A stretch of 64,000 bases of DNA from contig NMRA01000006.1 of the NCBI GenBank assembly GCA_002633005.1, positions 1,071,021 to 1,135,020 on the forward strand, written 5' to 3'. Both the position numbers and the translations under genes were made by a program. The notes beneath the pieces are model-generated. The model saw nothing but the letters and a program-made list of their open reading frames with translations, did no database searches and was not told the origin of the DNA. Source of the stretch: Phoronis australis. Taxonomy: Eukaryota; Animalia; Phoronida. Below are positions 24,501 through 38,700 of this stretch, piece by piece (the first letter of the stretch is position 1; each line of letters starts with the position of its first letter).

Positions 24501-26455
24501 TTTGATGGGACTCTCTGGTTAGCCCAATAGACCTAAAATAAAATTCCCTTGAAGTTAGGGTTGAAGGCTGGTATCTGTATTAGTCCCATTCTTGTAGTCT
24601 AGCTTGCCAGTGAATTCATAAAACTATGTCAGTTGCTGTTGTAATAATGATCTAGTCTGCATATTCTTGCACAACTATGAAGACATAAAAAACACAATTT
24701 GGTGTTTATAGTAATCTTGTCTAAAACTGTATCATTTAATTTTTACAATAATTGTGTTTTCTGGCAGCATGCCAACGAAGACGTCGAGAAGATGATCCTG
24801 GGCAACAAATGTGATATGGAGGAGAAACGTCAGGTGGAAAGGCAAAGAGGCGAAAGTGTAGGTTGGGGGGGGGGGTGTGGCTCATAGGCAGTTTCATTAC
24901 TCAGTTGGTATGAGAGGATAATCAAGATGCCAAGATGAGGTTGATAGGGGGAAGTATATTGTAGGACGGTTGATCACAGAAAATGAGTGCATGAAAGTAA
25001 TGAGCAAACTTTTGTCGTAATTGGAAATTTGTCATTTTTTTGTGAAAATTTTTCTAGAAATGTAAAGATTCTGATTTGGATATTGAAGATTTGTCTGGCT
25101 GGTTTGACTTGTAAAGATTCTTGAGTTACCAATTCGGCTGTTAAAAATGAGAAATTGATATTTTGTGCATTGCACTGAAATCTTCATGTTGACAGTAGAG
25201 TTAGGGTCACATTTATTTTTTATACCAGTCACTCTTTTACTGTTGAAAGTACAAAAATAACATAAGTCAGTTACCTGTGGAAATTTCCCTGTCTGTGGAA
25301 GTTTTTCAACCTCTGTGAAAGTACAATCCTTTTAAAACACAGCTGTGTTACTATGAACACCATTTTCACAGGCTGTAATGGTTAGGTACAACAATTTGAA
25401 GGAAAATGAAAGTGGAACTGATATCACCAATACTAAAAGTTTGACTCCTATACAAAAATTTGATACTGACACGTTACAAATGAGCTGCCATTTTGAGAGC
25501 AAATTCTCTTCTAATACTTCAGTGTGACACTTGCTAAAAATTTGATGTCATTCAGCAGTTTCTTGGTGCAAATCTTTGTCTATCAATTTTGTGTTTGGAT
25601 TGGAAAAATAACCTTGCTGACATATGTTTGCCGTTCTTCAAAGCATGGTGTACCCAGACGAAGTGGGCTACAGCTTATGTTTTGTACTCGCATTTGTTTT
25701 TTGACTTTCATTTTTGGGTTGGCATATAACGGCATGTAATTTGCTGTTTGTTATCATTTCGTCTTGCAGTAGTGTGAAAATGAAACGAGTTGATATCTTC
25801 GTCGATCATTTGTGATAAGCGTATAAATTGTAAGTGTACGGTACTGTTACAGTGTCATTGTGTGTTCATTGCAGATTGCTAAGGAACACGGCATACCTTT
25901 CCTAGAAACAAGTGCAAAAGCTAACATTAATGTAGAAAAAGCCTTTCTGGATTTAGCTCAAGCTATTCTTAATAAAGTGAATAAGGTAAGCATGAATGTT
26001 GGTGTTTTTACTTGTCCTTTCTGGAATTTTTAGTAACCATGTTCAACAAGCCTATTATGAGTGACGGTACAAGTTTCTCAGCCACTTGAGTTCTGAAGGT
26101 TGAATGTGTTGTGAAGGTATTTTAGTTTGAAATTGGCCACAGGATTCTTGGAATCCAGTCAAAGCATTACTGTGAATGAGTGAGAATTTACCAAAGTCAC
26201 CTATTGGTTACAAAATATTCGAGTAGCTTCCTCGGCTTTAGAAATGTTCTCGATCTACCCGAGTTGTCGTTACTGAGGTTAGTCGCTAGTTGCCCTGTAA
26301 CACCCACTTAATTGAAAGCAAGTGGAATCTAAGTCATGAAAAGTTAGCTTAGGTCCAGTATGTGGCTCCATCTGTTGCAGACTCCTGGGCGAGACGCCAA
26401 TGAGCAGCGTGGTGTGGACATGAAGCCCGAGGGGAGGAATAAAGGATGTTGCTGA
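18532..26455 (+). CDS. RAB10: Ras-related protein Rab-10. Exons 18532-18658, 22227-22287, 24177-24315, 24768-24857, 25875-25976 (or 25985), 26381-26455
   Basis: The spliced product is [23 protein letters not shown]...[16 protein letters not shown]...[22 protein letters not shown]...WLRNIDEHANEDVE...GNKCD...ETSAK...[23 protein letters not shown] and HANEDVE distinguish Rab10 from Rab8. All introns are GT-AG and in frame, and the C-terminal CC is a prenylation motif. Confidence 0.97.
20586..20920. mobile_element. Palindromic MITE in Rab10 intron 1, possible TA TSD
   Basis: Near-full-length imperfect hairpin: agagggacacc...aggctgtc...ctttaattccttcc.actcgaaca vs tgttcgagttggaaggaattaaag...gacagcct...ggtgtccctct. 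TA occurs at both outer ends. Confidence 0.8.
23476..23549. repeat. 38-bp tandem duplication
   Basis: atgcattacaagccaaccatgtaatcacactaactt x2. Confidence 0.85.
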
Positions 26456-27693
26456 GGTTATCCGTTCACCTGCAAGACTGACAAATCAACCGTGCTAAAT
26501 GTACATAACGTATATTTATACATATAGTTGTTGGCTGTACCGATTTACTGCCAACTATCCACCACTGTCAGAGACAAGCGAGATGTATCCAAATGTTAAT
26601 GTCACAGCTACAGTTCACAGACTGTTGTTCCAGATACTCGACTGCACGGGTTTGTATTAGGCCAAGGGCATCGACCAATAAGAGCCACACTTGAGAGGTC
26701 GGAGGTTGTACCGAGTGGAAGTGGTGCTACTGTATTATAGGCATCCTATAATCCTTGTTAGTCATAGTAAAGATTGGTTGAGTTCACCTATTGTGTTTAA
26801 GAACCACACTAACCGCTCCTTTCTTGTTACGTAGGTCACGACATGCCTTTGTTGTTTGCTGCAAATGCAGTGACATATGACGTGTAATTAATACCAATTG
26901 ACACACTGATCTTGTTAAAGCTAACACTCTCTCTACTCCTGACTTGTCTAAGGAACACAAAGTGATGTCACAGGGAAAGCCCATGACCAGTTGCGGAGTA
27001 GAGGAGGCAACTAACGAGTCTTAATTTCTAACTATAGTAGTTTTCTTCGCCAACAAAGTCCCATATTCCCCGCAAATGTCCTGGGTATTAAGTTTTTAGC
27101 GTGCCCTCTGCAACAGCGCATTCTCAGTATAGATTGAAGTGCCCCAGATGAACTGGTTTGCTCTGGCTGCATCAACTACCCATATCTAGTTTAACACCCT
27201 GGTGTCGAGAGTGACAACTTTCTATTCTCACTCTGCGTCATTATGCTGTTACATCTGTAACACGTTTCACACTCAGCCTTATCTGTTTCTTTTTATTGTT
27301 AGTATACTTGTTAGCTATTTCTGTGACTGATTAGTTATTGCACATTGCACCAGTGAATAATTTTTATTTAAAAGCAATATTGTAAAGCCTATTTTGAGTA
27401 TATACCGTATTTATTGTTATTGTTCTTCTGTGTATTACCTAGCATATATTGACGAGGACAAATACACCGTATAAACGCTTATCGTTTCTGCCTCAGCTTA
27501 ATCCTGTTGTAATTTGTCAGAAATTCTGATAGTCCTGACCGGTGAATCCTCCGCCAAATTTATGACTTTTTTCTCAAAACTAGATATCCTGTTGATACTT
27601 TTCTTCGACTTTGGGTGTGTTTGAGAAATGTGCTCTGTTTTGAATTCAAGAGTCTTGGAGTTGTGACCTGTGCCGTATTCTGCTGGTGACTGC

Positions 27694-27782
27694 AACCATG
27701 TGCTCTACGTCAATTGCGTACCAACCACATGTTCTAAGTCAATTGCCTACCAACCACATGTTCTAAGTCAATTGCCTACCAA
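27694..27782. repeat. 29-bp tandem repeat x3 in the presumed Rab10 3' UTR
   Basis: ccaaccacatgttctaagtcaattgccta units. Confidence 0.85.
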
Positions 27783-28035
27783 TTTCTCCTATTCTCCAAA
27801 CCTTGATGAGTTGAAACTGTTATTAGTCTTGATATTATGAGAAGAGGTATACACTTTCGTACAAATTACCTTTTGTTTACTTTATCAATTTCTTGTTTTA
27901 TGTGAATGTGTAATTTTGTTTTATGAGGTTGTACTTTTTGTGTGGAGTTTAGACTCGGGTGAAAAATGGTATATTTTAGGCACAGTCTGGAGTCCACTTC
28001 ACAAAGCATGTCAGATGGATTGTTAGCGTGATGTC

Positions 28036-28041
28036 AATAAA
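28036..28041 (+). promoter_or_regulatory. Candidate Rab10 polyadenylation signal
   Basis: AATAAA at the end of a T-rich 3' UTR-like tract downstream of the stop codon. Confidence 0.45.
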
Positions 28042-28672
28042 ATCATTTACCATTTGCAATGCGACGCCTGATGACAGAATGGCATTGTTGTCAATCATAG
28101 AACTGTCCTGAAACAGCTCTCAAAATTCTACTTGGTTTAAGTGCAGCTAGTTCAGACCTGTCTGTTTATTAGCTATCTCATTTAGAGGGTTATTAAAATA
28201 GCCAATGCTTATATTTGTTTATCATGATAAGGGGTTTATTTATGAAATGTCACAATGCAGGCAAATTAGTACTGAAAAGGGAGTTGTATTATCAGGTAAA
28301 ATGCTGTTAAATGCCTTCATCAAACAGATGATGTAAGACACCCTGTACCAACAGTTCAGTACTTCAGCTGAAAATTTCTTAATGATGTGCTGTCAGTAAT
28401 TAACATGATCTTCCAACTTGTACTGAAAATGTATTATGTATTTCCTGTAGCTAAATTTGTAAAAACGAGATGTACTAGAAAAAATCTATATGAAACGAAG
28501 CATTTTGGTGATGTTTTCCCCATTATACACTGTCACATCCATAAATATGAAGGAGGTATGGAGAGTTCTGGAACAAACATCTCTTCTCACAGCTAAAAGA
28601 GTGAAGCCATCACATCACTTTTAAATTTGAAAAGTTGATGTTTTTTCTATCCATAATGACCAAAACAATAAA

Positions 28673-29290
28673 TTTTTATGCGCCCACATACTTATATGTG
28701 GATGCATTATGCCGTCATCTCTGTCCGGTGTCCACTGCTCTATCTTCAAAACCCTTGGACATACGTTCATGAAATTTGGCACATATGTTCCATTCATGAA
28801 GGACAGCACGAGCGAACTTTCGGACGAATCTGAGTAAGGTCCTCAACAGATTTTCATAAAATTTTAAATATGTGCATCTTTTGGTGTGATAACGCTATCT
28901 TCCTGTTTTTGGATGGAATCGAGGTATTTTGCACCACCTAGTGGCCATTTTTGCTGTTTTTGGTGTCCACCTCTGTATCAGCCATATCATTTGAAAATCG
29001 GCTTTTTTTCTCAGTGTGAAGACGACCTTTGATGATGGTGACTGACTACTGTGGTGCATCCTAGTAGTAGTCTTGTTTTGCGCCCATAGTTGTATCTCTT
29101 AAACCCACTGCAGGATCTTTACTAAATTTAGTAAGTGTATTTATTTGAAGATAACAACAGACGACGACAGACACTGTGCCCACTAGTGGCAATTTCATTT
29201 TATTCTGTTTTCCTTTGTCACTCTGAAGTTCCTCGACAGATTTTTATGAAATATGGCATTTTCCTGTGTTTGGATGGATTGTATGTTTTT
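28673..29290. mobile_element. Helentron/DINE-1-like repeat, same family as 6367-6905
   Basis: ttttatgcgccc...gcattatgccgtcatctctgtccg...ttcatgaaatttggc...gcaccacctagtggccatt, with internal degenerate subunits. Confidence 0.55.
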
Positions 29291-29942
29291 GCAGCTGTAG
29301 GATGTTGTAAGAGGGGAACCGGGTAACAATTCTGAAGGACCAATGTTAGTGATAACCCTCAAAATAACACCCTTGTGACGCGTTATTTGTGGTCGTGTCT
29401 AGTAGGAAGGAATTACTTGAGGTACATCTGCCTTGAACTTGAAATTGGTTCTCTTCCAGTTGTCCATTTGACAAACCAAAATCAAAACTTAGCCCCCTAC
29501 CCTTTTGAACTGGTCTCGGAGGCCCTATGTACTTCAACAGCCCCGTCAACGAGCACTGTGTCCGTTCCAAATGAATCCGGACGATTTCTCACCATGAGGT
29601 AAACATCCCACTTTAGGTTTCTTTTAACTAATGAACCCCAAATCTCCAAAACCTGCAGGTGAAGGGAGTTAACTGCTTGGCCGATTACTTTCGCTGGTAA
29701 ATTAGATTTAGTAATTAACAGCTGACATTAGAATGGCACTTTCTATATGTCAAGCAGAGAACAATAGAATGAAATTTGTGGCAAGTTCATTCAATTGTAT
29801 TTTTACGCCTTGACGCGAGCCATCAGCTTGGCTACAATTCTCTCAAGGCAAGTAGTTTAGTTTGCTGAGGCCATAGAGCAAAAATGCACAAAACCAAGTC
29901 TGATAGTTAAAAACTTGCAACAATAGTTAATTAAATAATTCA

Positions 29943-29948
29943 TTTATT
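29943..29948 (-). promoter_or_regulatory. Candidate MAK/ICK polyadenylation signal
   Basis: TTTATT on + (AATAAA on -) at the distal end of the A-rich tract that follows the MAK stop. Confidence 0.35.
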
Positions 29949-30554
29949 TGTAAGGTGTACATAACAAAATCTGTGAAGAATCAAAGTTTACAATAATCCT
30001 CATCTCGCAGATAGAAAGCTGTGTATTACACTGTATGAAGAACCACAATTTTAAGATTAAGATGACAATCGTCAACCAAATCCACAGCAAGAGATTCATT
30101 GTCTAGTTAACTGTCCAGTGTACATCTGGCGCCTAAATTAACACCCGCTCAGCTGAAATTAAAGAAAAGGCATCTCTCTGACCATGCTTGAACAAGTTGC
30201 CAGACAAATTTACACGCCATGGTATATGACAGGGTGTTTCAAAAAGATGGACCTAGTTTGAAAGCAGTAAATTTCAATCTTCAAAATATTGGAATTAAGA
30301 AATAGAAAAAATGAGTCACTGCCAAGGTCTTGGTTTGCAATATTGGCTAGCTTGCAACGCTCCATTCCAAAAGTTTTTTAAGCCTCTGGTTGCAAGAAAC
30401 GTTAAGAGATGTTCACTTGAAGTGCAGTTTGACTGCAACAAGTTTTACAAGCCATTTCAAATACCATCTGCAGACTTGACAAACAACACTGAGGTGAAGG
30501 TATGTGGTCGCAGATAATTAGGAGGCTCTGTCTTCTTTAAACATTCATAGAGGT

Positions 30555-30700
30555 CAGTGCTGTAGTGGGCCGTAGGTGCAGCCAATCACCTTTTAGCATT
30601 TGAACGTAGCGCCTACGCACCGTAAGTTATGTTCAGTGCTCAATGTGATACAGTGGGCTTTGGGCGCCTACTTTCCTCTAATTTTACCACTACAGCACTG
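30555..30700. mobile_element. 146-bp hAT-type MITE
   Basis: TIRs cagtgctgtagtgg / ccactacagcactg, with a perfect 8-bp TSD ATAGAGGT at 30547-30554 and 30701-30708. Confidence 0.9.
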
Positions 30701-30799
30701 ATAGAGGTATCCTATGCACAATACAACCAAATAAATTAAATTTCGTCCAGTGTTTGAGATAATAAACCATGAACAACCAAGGCATTAAAATAATGAAAC

Positions 30800-31045
30800 C
30801 ATGCGCACACCCAGTGGGCTCGCATGAGCCCCCCATCTGGCAAAGTGGGCAAAACGGTCCGTCTCAGAGAAACAAAATCTCCGAAAAGAGTAGAAAACTA
30901 GACACAAGTCCACTAAAAAGACAGGAACTACCAAAATTCAGTGAATGCACAATTCAAAGCTCTGAACATACGCCATGAATTTTAGTGAAAGGTCCACATT
31001 CTCAAAAATATGAGCCCCCCATTTTTTAGACCGGGTGTGCACATG
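30800..31045. mobile_element. MITE, same family as 2164-2428
   Basis: catgcgcacacccag...cgggtgtgcacatg with the shared core ggtccg.ctcagagaaacaaaa...aaaggtccacatt. Flanks gaaac / aaaac. Confidence 0.75.
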
Positions 31046-32778
31046 AAAACTAAGAATGTTAAAAACTGTCCAGAGGGAGGGTAAAGATAACAGAACCTAA
31101 CGTAAGTTTTCATGAGGTAAGTACTAGTCAGTTGTATACTTTAGTTACAAAATTACAAAACTTAAGGCTTAACTTTTCTTAATGGCATTCTAAAACAAAC
31201 TATGTGCACTGAAAATTTTAAAATAAATAAATCTTAAAATGAAGAAAGTTGTGATATGAATAAAATCACAACTGTTTGTTTCACATAATGCAAGGAACAA
31301 TTGCAAAAGAAATGAACAAAAGGCAGGATTCCAAAACCTTGTGCATAATTTCTGCCATATTCAGCATAACAGAAACATAAACTTTAAAGAGCTGTCAACC
31401 CATTTACCACATAATCAGTAACCTTCATGATAAATATCTATATTCTGTAAATGAAAACTTATGCAATTCCCATTATATTTCGAATGCCTGAATTTCAATC
31501 AAAAGATGTGATACACCCCAAAACAGCAAATTTCAGTTTCAAATCATGTTCAACTAAGTTAGCTCATGTCGTCAAGGTTCATTGCTTCTCAACACGACCC
31601 AGGAACTCTTAATATCTCTTAATTCCTGATCTATACCAATGTAGACAAAGTCAGTAAAACAAAACACTGAATTCCTTTCCCACTTTCAGAATAAAAACTA
31701 ATTCCTTGAAATGTTTGTGTCTAAAATTCTGCTCTCCAAATCTTGAATTGATTTCCAAAGCCAATGATATCCTGCAATACTAGCCACGTAAGCGTGTATT
31801 TCATTGATCAATCGTTCAGAAAATAATCACGAAAATGAAAATCAGATATGCAAAATATATTATAGACCGGTTCTCGAGATACTGGTCAGATCTCGCATTA
31901 CCAACTATTTCAGGAATCAACCATTTACCCGAGTCTTCAACCTTATTCTTTGCCAATCTGGTAGTTCAAAATTCTGATAATTTTGAAGATTATGTTTTTA
32001 GTTAATGTTTCGCAGAAAAATAAACGCTCAAAATAGGTAATCTGTAGTAGCTATTTTAGGCCCTAAAAGTATGTCGAATACGTAGTCAATCCTGACAGTT
32101 GGCAGCCCACCCTTTAGATTTTAATGAAATTTGAATGCCTTGATGAACAAATATTATTATTATATAACAGAAGAATGTCCAATACATACCTTCTGCTGCC
32201 AACCAAGGACGGACTTTTCAGAATGTATATACAAATAACTATGTCGACATCGTATATACAAAGTTGGCAACTTTTTTAAGCCTCGGTGTTTGTTTTTCTA
32301 TCACATCAATAATTCTCAACACCTTGCATTTAACACACTCCTCATTCACGTCTTGTGAATCTCAACAGCACTTAAAATCCATTGTTTGCAAGTACTCTCA
32401 AAGTTGCATACATTTACATATAACCATAACACAATTTACAACAACGGGATCTATTTCACGGCTTTGTCATGTACAATTCTCAACATAAGTAATTGAATGC
32501 TTCAGTGACCATGAAATCCATTACAGACTTGCTCGTCAAACATACATTTCCACAATACATTCGTCATAAGAAAATACAATGACATGAGATCAAAACCGTT
32601 CTGAAATCGACATAATGGACGCAATTTTGTCGATACTAAAATAAAATTCCATTCACCAATCATTAATATTAAACATTCCCATTTCGATGTGACAATCAAC
32701 TTTGAACAGATTCTGACAGTCACGTCTATAGTATCCTGTTCTGCACAGCCTCAACACATCAAACCACGGAGAACTTCT

Positions 32779-35700
32779 CTATGACTTCAAGTATCTGTAA
32801 GAACAAACAAAACTTTTTAATGGTTCGTAGTCAGACTTAAGACTGCGACCACAACAACCTACAGTTTACATAATCATGTGTGCCTAAAAACAAAAAGGAC
32901 TACATAATGTGATTCGGGAAAAATGTTTCATAATAATAAATAGGAAAACTTTGTCAAAAAACACTGCACATACATTGAGTAAATGATCAGTAGCATACTT
33001 GACACAGTATCTACTGTAATGACACAAGGACACGGCAACACTTTCGCTAGTGAGTCTTCTTCCGTCTTAATTTGACAGTGTGAATGGAAGTGAATAAAAC
33101 GAGAATACAACGAGGGCCTCATGGAATGCAGCGTGTTGCACATATATTTACTAGTAAAATGAAGACAAATGTAAAAGGCAACTGCAGCACCCTGAATGAT
33201 AATCCTATGCAGCACAACTGACTTACTTTGCGGCCCAGTCAGTTCGTCCAATCACACCGGTTCCTCCTGCACCCACTGGCTGCCTCATGCCAGCCGAATT
33301 CTTGCCAAGAGATGGCAGAGTAGGTCCTCTTTTCCAACCTAAAGAAACGCAATAGTTTTAGTCAGGAATGAAATTTCATTGGGTCATCAAAAAACTTCAC
33401 TATTCAACACCATCACACCACCTTTTATGAAAACAGAGCTTAACCAGCACATATGTGATACACTTGTAACATAATTACAGAGCTTAACCAGCACATATGT
33501 GATACACTTGTAACATAATTACAGAGCTTAACCAGCACATATGTGATACACTTGTAACATGATTACATTGTTACACTATCATTTTGATTTTAATTCTTAC
33601 CGAGATATAATATGATAAGTATAAACCATATTGCTCATGTTTGACTTCAGAGTAGAAGCAATTCCCTGATAAAACAAATGAAGTGCCTTATAAGCCCAAC
33701 CCAAGTCTTCTACATATGGCAACCCTGCGTGAGCAGTGCACTACACTTAAAAACCTTTCTGGTCAAACTCTAAAACCACAAAATAGCTGGTCCTTGAAGC
33801 CACACTCGGCTACTTCAAATTCATAAGTACAGCAATACATACTGGGGTTTTTGCTGGCAGAGTTGAGGAATGATGGCTGATATCCTGAGTTGTTACCAGC
33901 ATTGTACGTGCCTGCAAGTCAAGGTCACACCACTCAACACAGAGGTCAACTGATCATAGAAAAGAAACACACTGTGGACAGTCACGTAACTAATCCTTTA
34001 GCAGCTAATTTTCACTCTAAACTTTTATGGACTTACTTTAGTTTTTTTTTGTAAAACCGAATAACCTAGTTCGAATTACTATAAAGAGAAGTTAAACTAC
34101 ATTTTGTATTTTCCAAAATTGAAAAAGTAACAAAATGTGCAGAACTGAAATGTTTTGAATTTATAGTAAAAAACAATGTGACTGCCCAAGGTAACTTTTA
34201 ACAAGTAACCAAAGACACATGATATCAAATAAATATTTGACAGACACCAACTGCACACCATCAAAAGATGTTTCATTATTAAAAATACGTTACAAACGAG
34301 AAATCACACTAATACTCAACTAAAAATAATGTGTACAGTGTCATTACAATTGACCAATATCGATAGTCTAATGAGGTCACTTAAGGTAATAGGCTACCAT
34401 TACAAAGGATGAAATGGCTTCAACAGCGTTTAAACATAAATTTCCACCTGTTTAGCTAGCTAAAAGCAAATTGAAATTAGCCTTGTACTCTCATAAAATC
34501 AGTCTCGTAATATTTCGCACTAGCTAAACAGGGCAAAATGCAAATTCAAGTACTAAAGCTAGATCCATTACATATTATTCTCATTATGAACACAAAAGTA
34601 GTGAAAAGATGTTCATAATCTCGCGTCGATTGCATTTTTCTTAAAACACAATATTTTTCCATAAACCTTTTTTCGCATAAAACTTGCAAATTCTTTTTCT
34701 TTGTTCTATAAGCTACAATTTGACAGTGGAATTCCTGGGCTGGAATGCCTCAAAATAAAATCCCAGACAGGCTTTTGTAGCTAATACAATACAGAAATAG
34801 AATTTGCAGGATTCACGTGAAAAAATTCCCGTTTGCATAAAAAAAATCTTGATTTCTTCGACGAACATCTAAACATCATGTTTGTTAACATAATAATGTT
34901 CCATGATCATCAAGGATTTTAAATTATTTAGTTTCATGTTTCAATAATTAATACTTAAACAGTTATTAAGACATTTAATCCTTGGTAATGGAGGCCCCCT
35001 ATGACTTAAAACAGACATCAACCACAAAACAAAATCAGTATATGCCTTACCAACTGCATTTGTTGTGCGACCGTAAGAGAGTGTGGGACCATCAACAAGG
35101 CTCCCTCTAGGCTTGGTCATAGGTGAGTTCCACGTTCCAGCACTGCTCTTCTTATGTGCGCTCGTGTTGATGCCAGGCAAGTATCGTGCGTTCTTCATAT
35201 AGTGCTGCTTGGCCGACGAAGCTGAACTGCGTCCTGATCCCATGCGGCTTATGCCTGATGGTTTCACGGATGGCTTACCAAGGCCACTGCAAACAATGTC
35301 CATAATTCAGTTATTACTATGTAACAGCTAGATTCAACAGAGTATTACAAGTCAACTGTTCTTCCATATTTCCCATTTGTGAGTGTATTTTGTTACCACA
35401 TGCCCATTTTTTAATTAGCTGAATCACACAAATGTGGATAAGATAAGTGCTTACTGCAAATCACTTTAAGAAAAACGAATTCTGTCCTTTTGGAAGGAAA
35501 TGTTTGGGACGACTATTTACTCATTTATTTCTAAGTACATTGTGCAACAACAATTCATGAAATAAAACCTTGAACAGTAGTTTCAAACCACATACTTGGT
35601 AAACAGTGCTGAAATTGGCGGTAATCATTTAACAGTACAGGCCTACACATAAAAAATAAGAAAACAAATCAGAAGCAAAGAAATTTTTAAGTTTAAACCT

Positions 35701-38700
35701 TCAAATATACAACATTAACGAAAATATATTCATAAATGAAATGCTTAGAAAATAAGTATATTATAGAATTTTTACCTGACTGCACGGTATCCTTTTTTCA
35801 TAAGAACAGATTTTCTACAATGATTGAAGCAAGTGCATATCAACTAAACTCAACACATAAGGTATAACTGGTACAACTCCCCTCTTGAGGCATTATATGA
35901 AAAAAGGTGAAGCAGACAGAAAGCAAGCCACAATATGACAACTGATTCAACAATAATACAAAAGAAATGATCCAAGATTCAAAAGCCACTCACCTGAGAA
36001 AGTCATCATCAAACAAGTCTTTCTTTTTAGCAGGGGGAGCCGGCTTGTGCTTGGTCGAGCTGCTATTTAGGTCAAAGTCGTCCAAGTCATCCCAGTTGTC
36101 CGTGCCACCCCATCGTTTGCGAGGTGCAACAGGCACAGTTTTCTTGACCGCCTCACCACCGAAGGAGTCCTGAGAAGAGAAGTATTCAATTAGATGAAGC
36201 AGTCAATTGAAACTAGAGTTTCAAGAACATTAACCCTTATCCTGCTGAGCCTCTATTCAGACTACTTTCCCTGTGTGCTGAGCTAAGTAGGTCACCACTA
36301 CTGCTTTACACTAAGCTGTTGTGGAGGTCACCTAGACAAATGACCTAACAATTTTAAATTGGAAATTTGAAGGGGAAATATTAAATTAACAGAAAAGAAG
36401 TCAATACAAAACTTGTGCAGAATTTAATGGGGAATTTCACCATATATAAGTCTTTATCATAGCCTTGGTGAAAGTAAAGTGATCCACTGTCATCCTCTCC
36501 CGTATGGCTCCAGCCATATAATGAAACTATGTGTCTACACTTACATAAACCTGCCAATATCTCCCAAACTAGTAATCACAGCCATATGGTTTAAATTGGA
36601 GAACAGTAGAGGAAGTTGTGAAGTATGGAATGCTCATGGTCACATATCTAAATAACATTCCAGGGCTCTTACAATTTCTGAATGAAAATCACAAGTGTCC
36701 TGGGGTGAGTGCACTCTCCTAGCGCAGCCCAGCTGTAACTTATTATAGTCGATTGAGTACACCCAACGCATTTTAATAGGATAATTGGCATGTCGGCTGA
36801 CCTCGCCTAGCGCAGGATAAGGGTTAAAGTCTGACCACCTTGTGAAAACTTAAATTTTGGCAGTTGTTTGAAATTGGTGAGATTTGCCATAACAGAATAA
36901 AATCCAGTTTTTAGATAAAGCAAAGATAGGAATCATTTAATTCAAGAATTGACAAAAATCCATGCTTTCACACTTAGCCAACATGATTAACAGACTTACT
37001 ATAACCTGCACACGATGCTCACTAGAGCCAACTAAATAATCGGGATGACCTAATTTCATTTATTGACTAGCAGTAACATTTGAAGTAACCGACATGGTTC
37101 TCAAAATGCAATTAAATTATAGTGATTATTCAGGAAACTTTTACGCCTCCTAAATAAAAACTTACGCCACAAAAGACTGCTGAGCTCAACTTCTAGAAAT
37201 AAAAGTCACAGCATTTGCTATCGGGATACATGAGTACCATTCACAACTCAGAGAACTAAGTGTACACACACGGACTCACCTCTATTTTACTTGGCTGCTT
37301 AGTTTTGTCATTGCCCAAAGCTGGCAGCATAGTGTTGACCTTGCTCGTCTCCTTCAGAGGCTGTTTCTGCATGTTGGTCTTCTGCACGTTCTGCGCGTTC
37401 ATGCTCGACTCTGTTTTAGCACCTAGATTCTGACCCACTTGGAAGTAGGCATAGCGCAATGCCTAAAACAAAAGTAGTCAAACTCATTTCACACGTGCAA
37501 CCAGAGATCGGATGCGCGCAAATAAATTTACGCAAAGAAATGTATTTTTCTGGAAATTTTAACCAACCCGCCATGGCATAATACAGCCCAATTACTCAAA
37601 TCCTTGGTAACACCAATTGCATTACAACTTCTACCATGACCTCTCCCTAATCAATAATTACTCACAACAATGAAATGAATCCCTTCACAGATTTTATCAA
37701 GATTCCCAGACAGACCATGTTCTGACACTTTAACTTCCTACTCAGCAAAGCATGCACTTGTTATAGTACACATAACCTCAGGTGACCATGACCCACTTCA
37801 TTCGACTTCGACATAAGCACTTACTTGCGCGGCTGTTGGTCTCTTCTTGGGATCCCAGGCCAACATGTCTCGCATGAGGTGTATGGCTTCATTGCTGGCA
37901 CTAGGAATAAGTGCCTTAAAGTTCTGTGGTACACACTGAGGCCATCTGTAGTTCATGGCAGCAGCTAGCTGGTGACCCTCAGGCCAATCAGCCTAAAGAT
38001 GAAGGAATACGAATAAGTTATATCTCAGGCCAGGTAGCATTGCCAAAACAGACAAGCCTTAGAGAACAACGAGGAGAAATGGTGATCAAAAAGCCAATCA
38101 GCTTAGACACATCAAGATATAGTGAAGCGAGTGAACAGGAAATTAAACAGGTGTATTTAGGGGTATCCGGATCCCCTTTCCAAGCATGAGCAAAAAATGG
38201 TGCTGGAATGTCATTTTTAGGGCCCCACGAAGGGGTTGTTCCCGTGATATCCTAGATCTGCCAGTGTGAAAAGGTAGAGGCTGTCAGATCAGAATATAGG
38301 TGGCACTACAGATCAGGAGTGCACGTCATCCCTCGAGTGTAAAAAACACCACTTTTCATTTCCGCAGACAATAATGTAAGCTTGCACAGCTCCAGGAGAT
38401 AGTTTGCAGTTGTAACATGTTACTTACATATCAACTTTAATCTACCCTTCATTTTATACACCAAATGCAGCATTATCGAAAATTCGTTAAATTGTTATTA
38501 ACTGTAAAAGTCTGGGACTACCAGCTTAAAGTACATCACAGTCAAAACACAAACAAAGGACCTACCTTGGTGGGTGTACCCAGAATAGAACACAGCTTGA
38601 AGAGTTGATCAATCTCGCTGCTTCCTGGGAACAATGGGCGGAGTGTATACAGCTCAGCCATGATGCAGCCAAGCGCGAAGATATCGACCGGTGAACTGTA

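Noticed and set aside
24885-24915. A-box-like tactcagttggt suggesting a tRNA or SINE
   Set aside because: No B-box or cloverleaf downstream.
26215-26280. Complement-read peptide GAEIFT(K)LD resembling a Gypsy RT motif
   Set aside because: It needs a frameshift and does not extend. Likely chance.
18532-26455. Rab8 assignment
   Set aside because: The diagnostic residues ([24 protein letters not shown], terminal CC) match Rab10.
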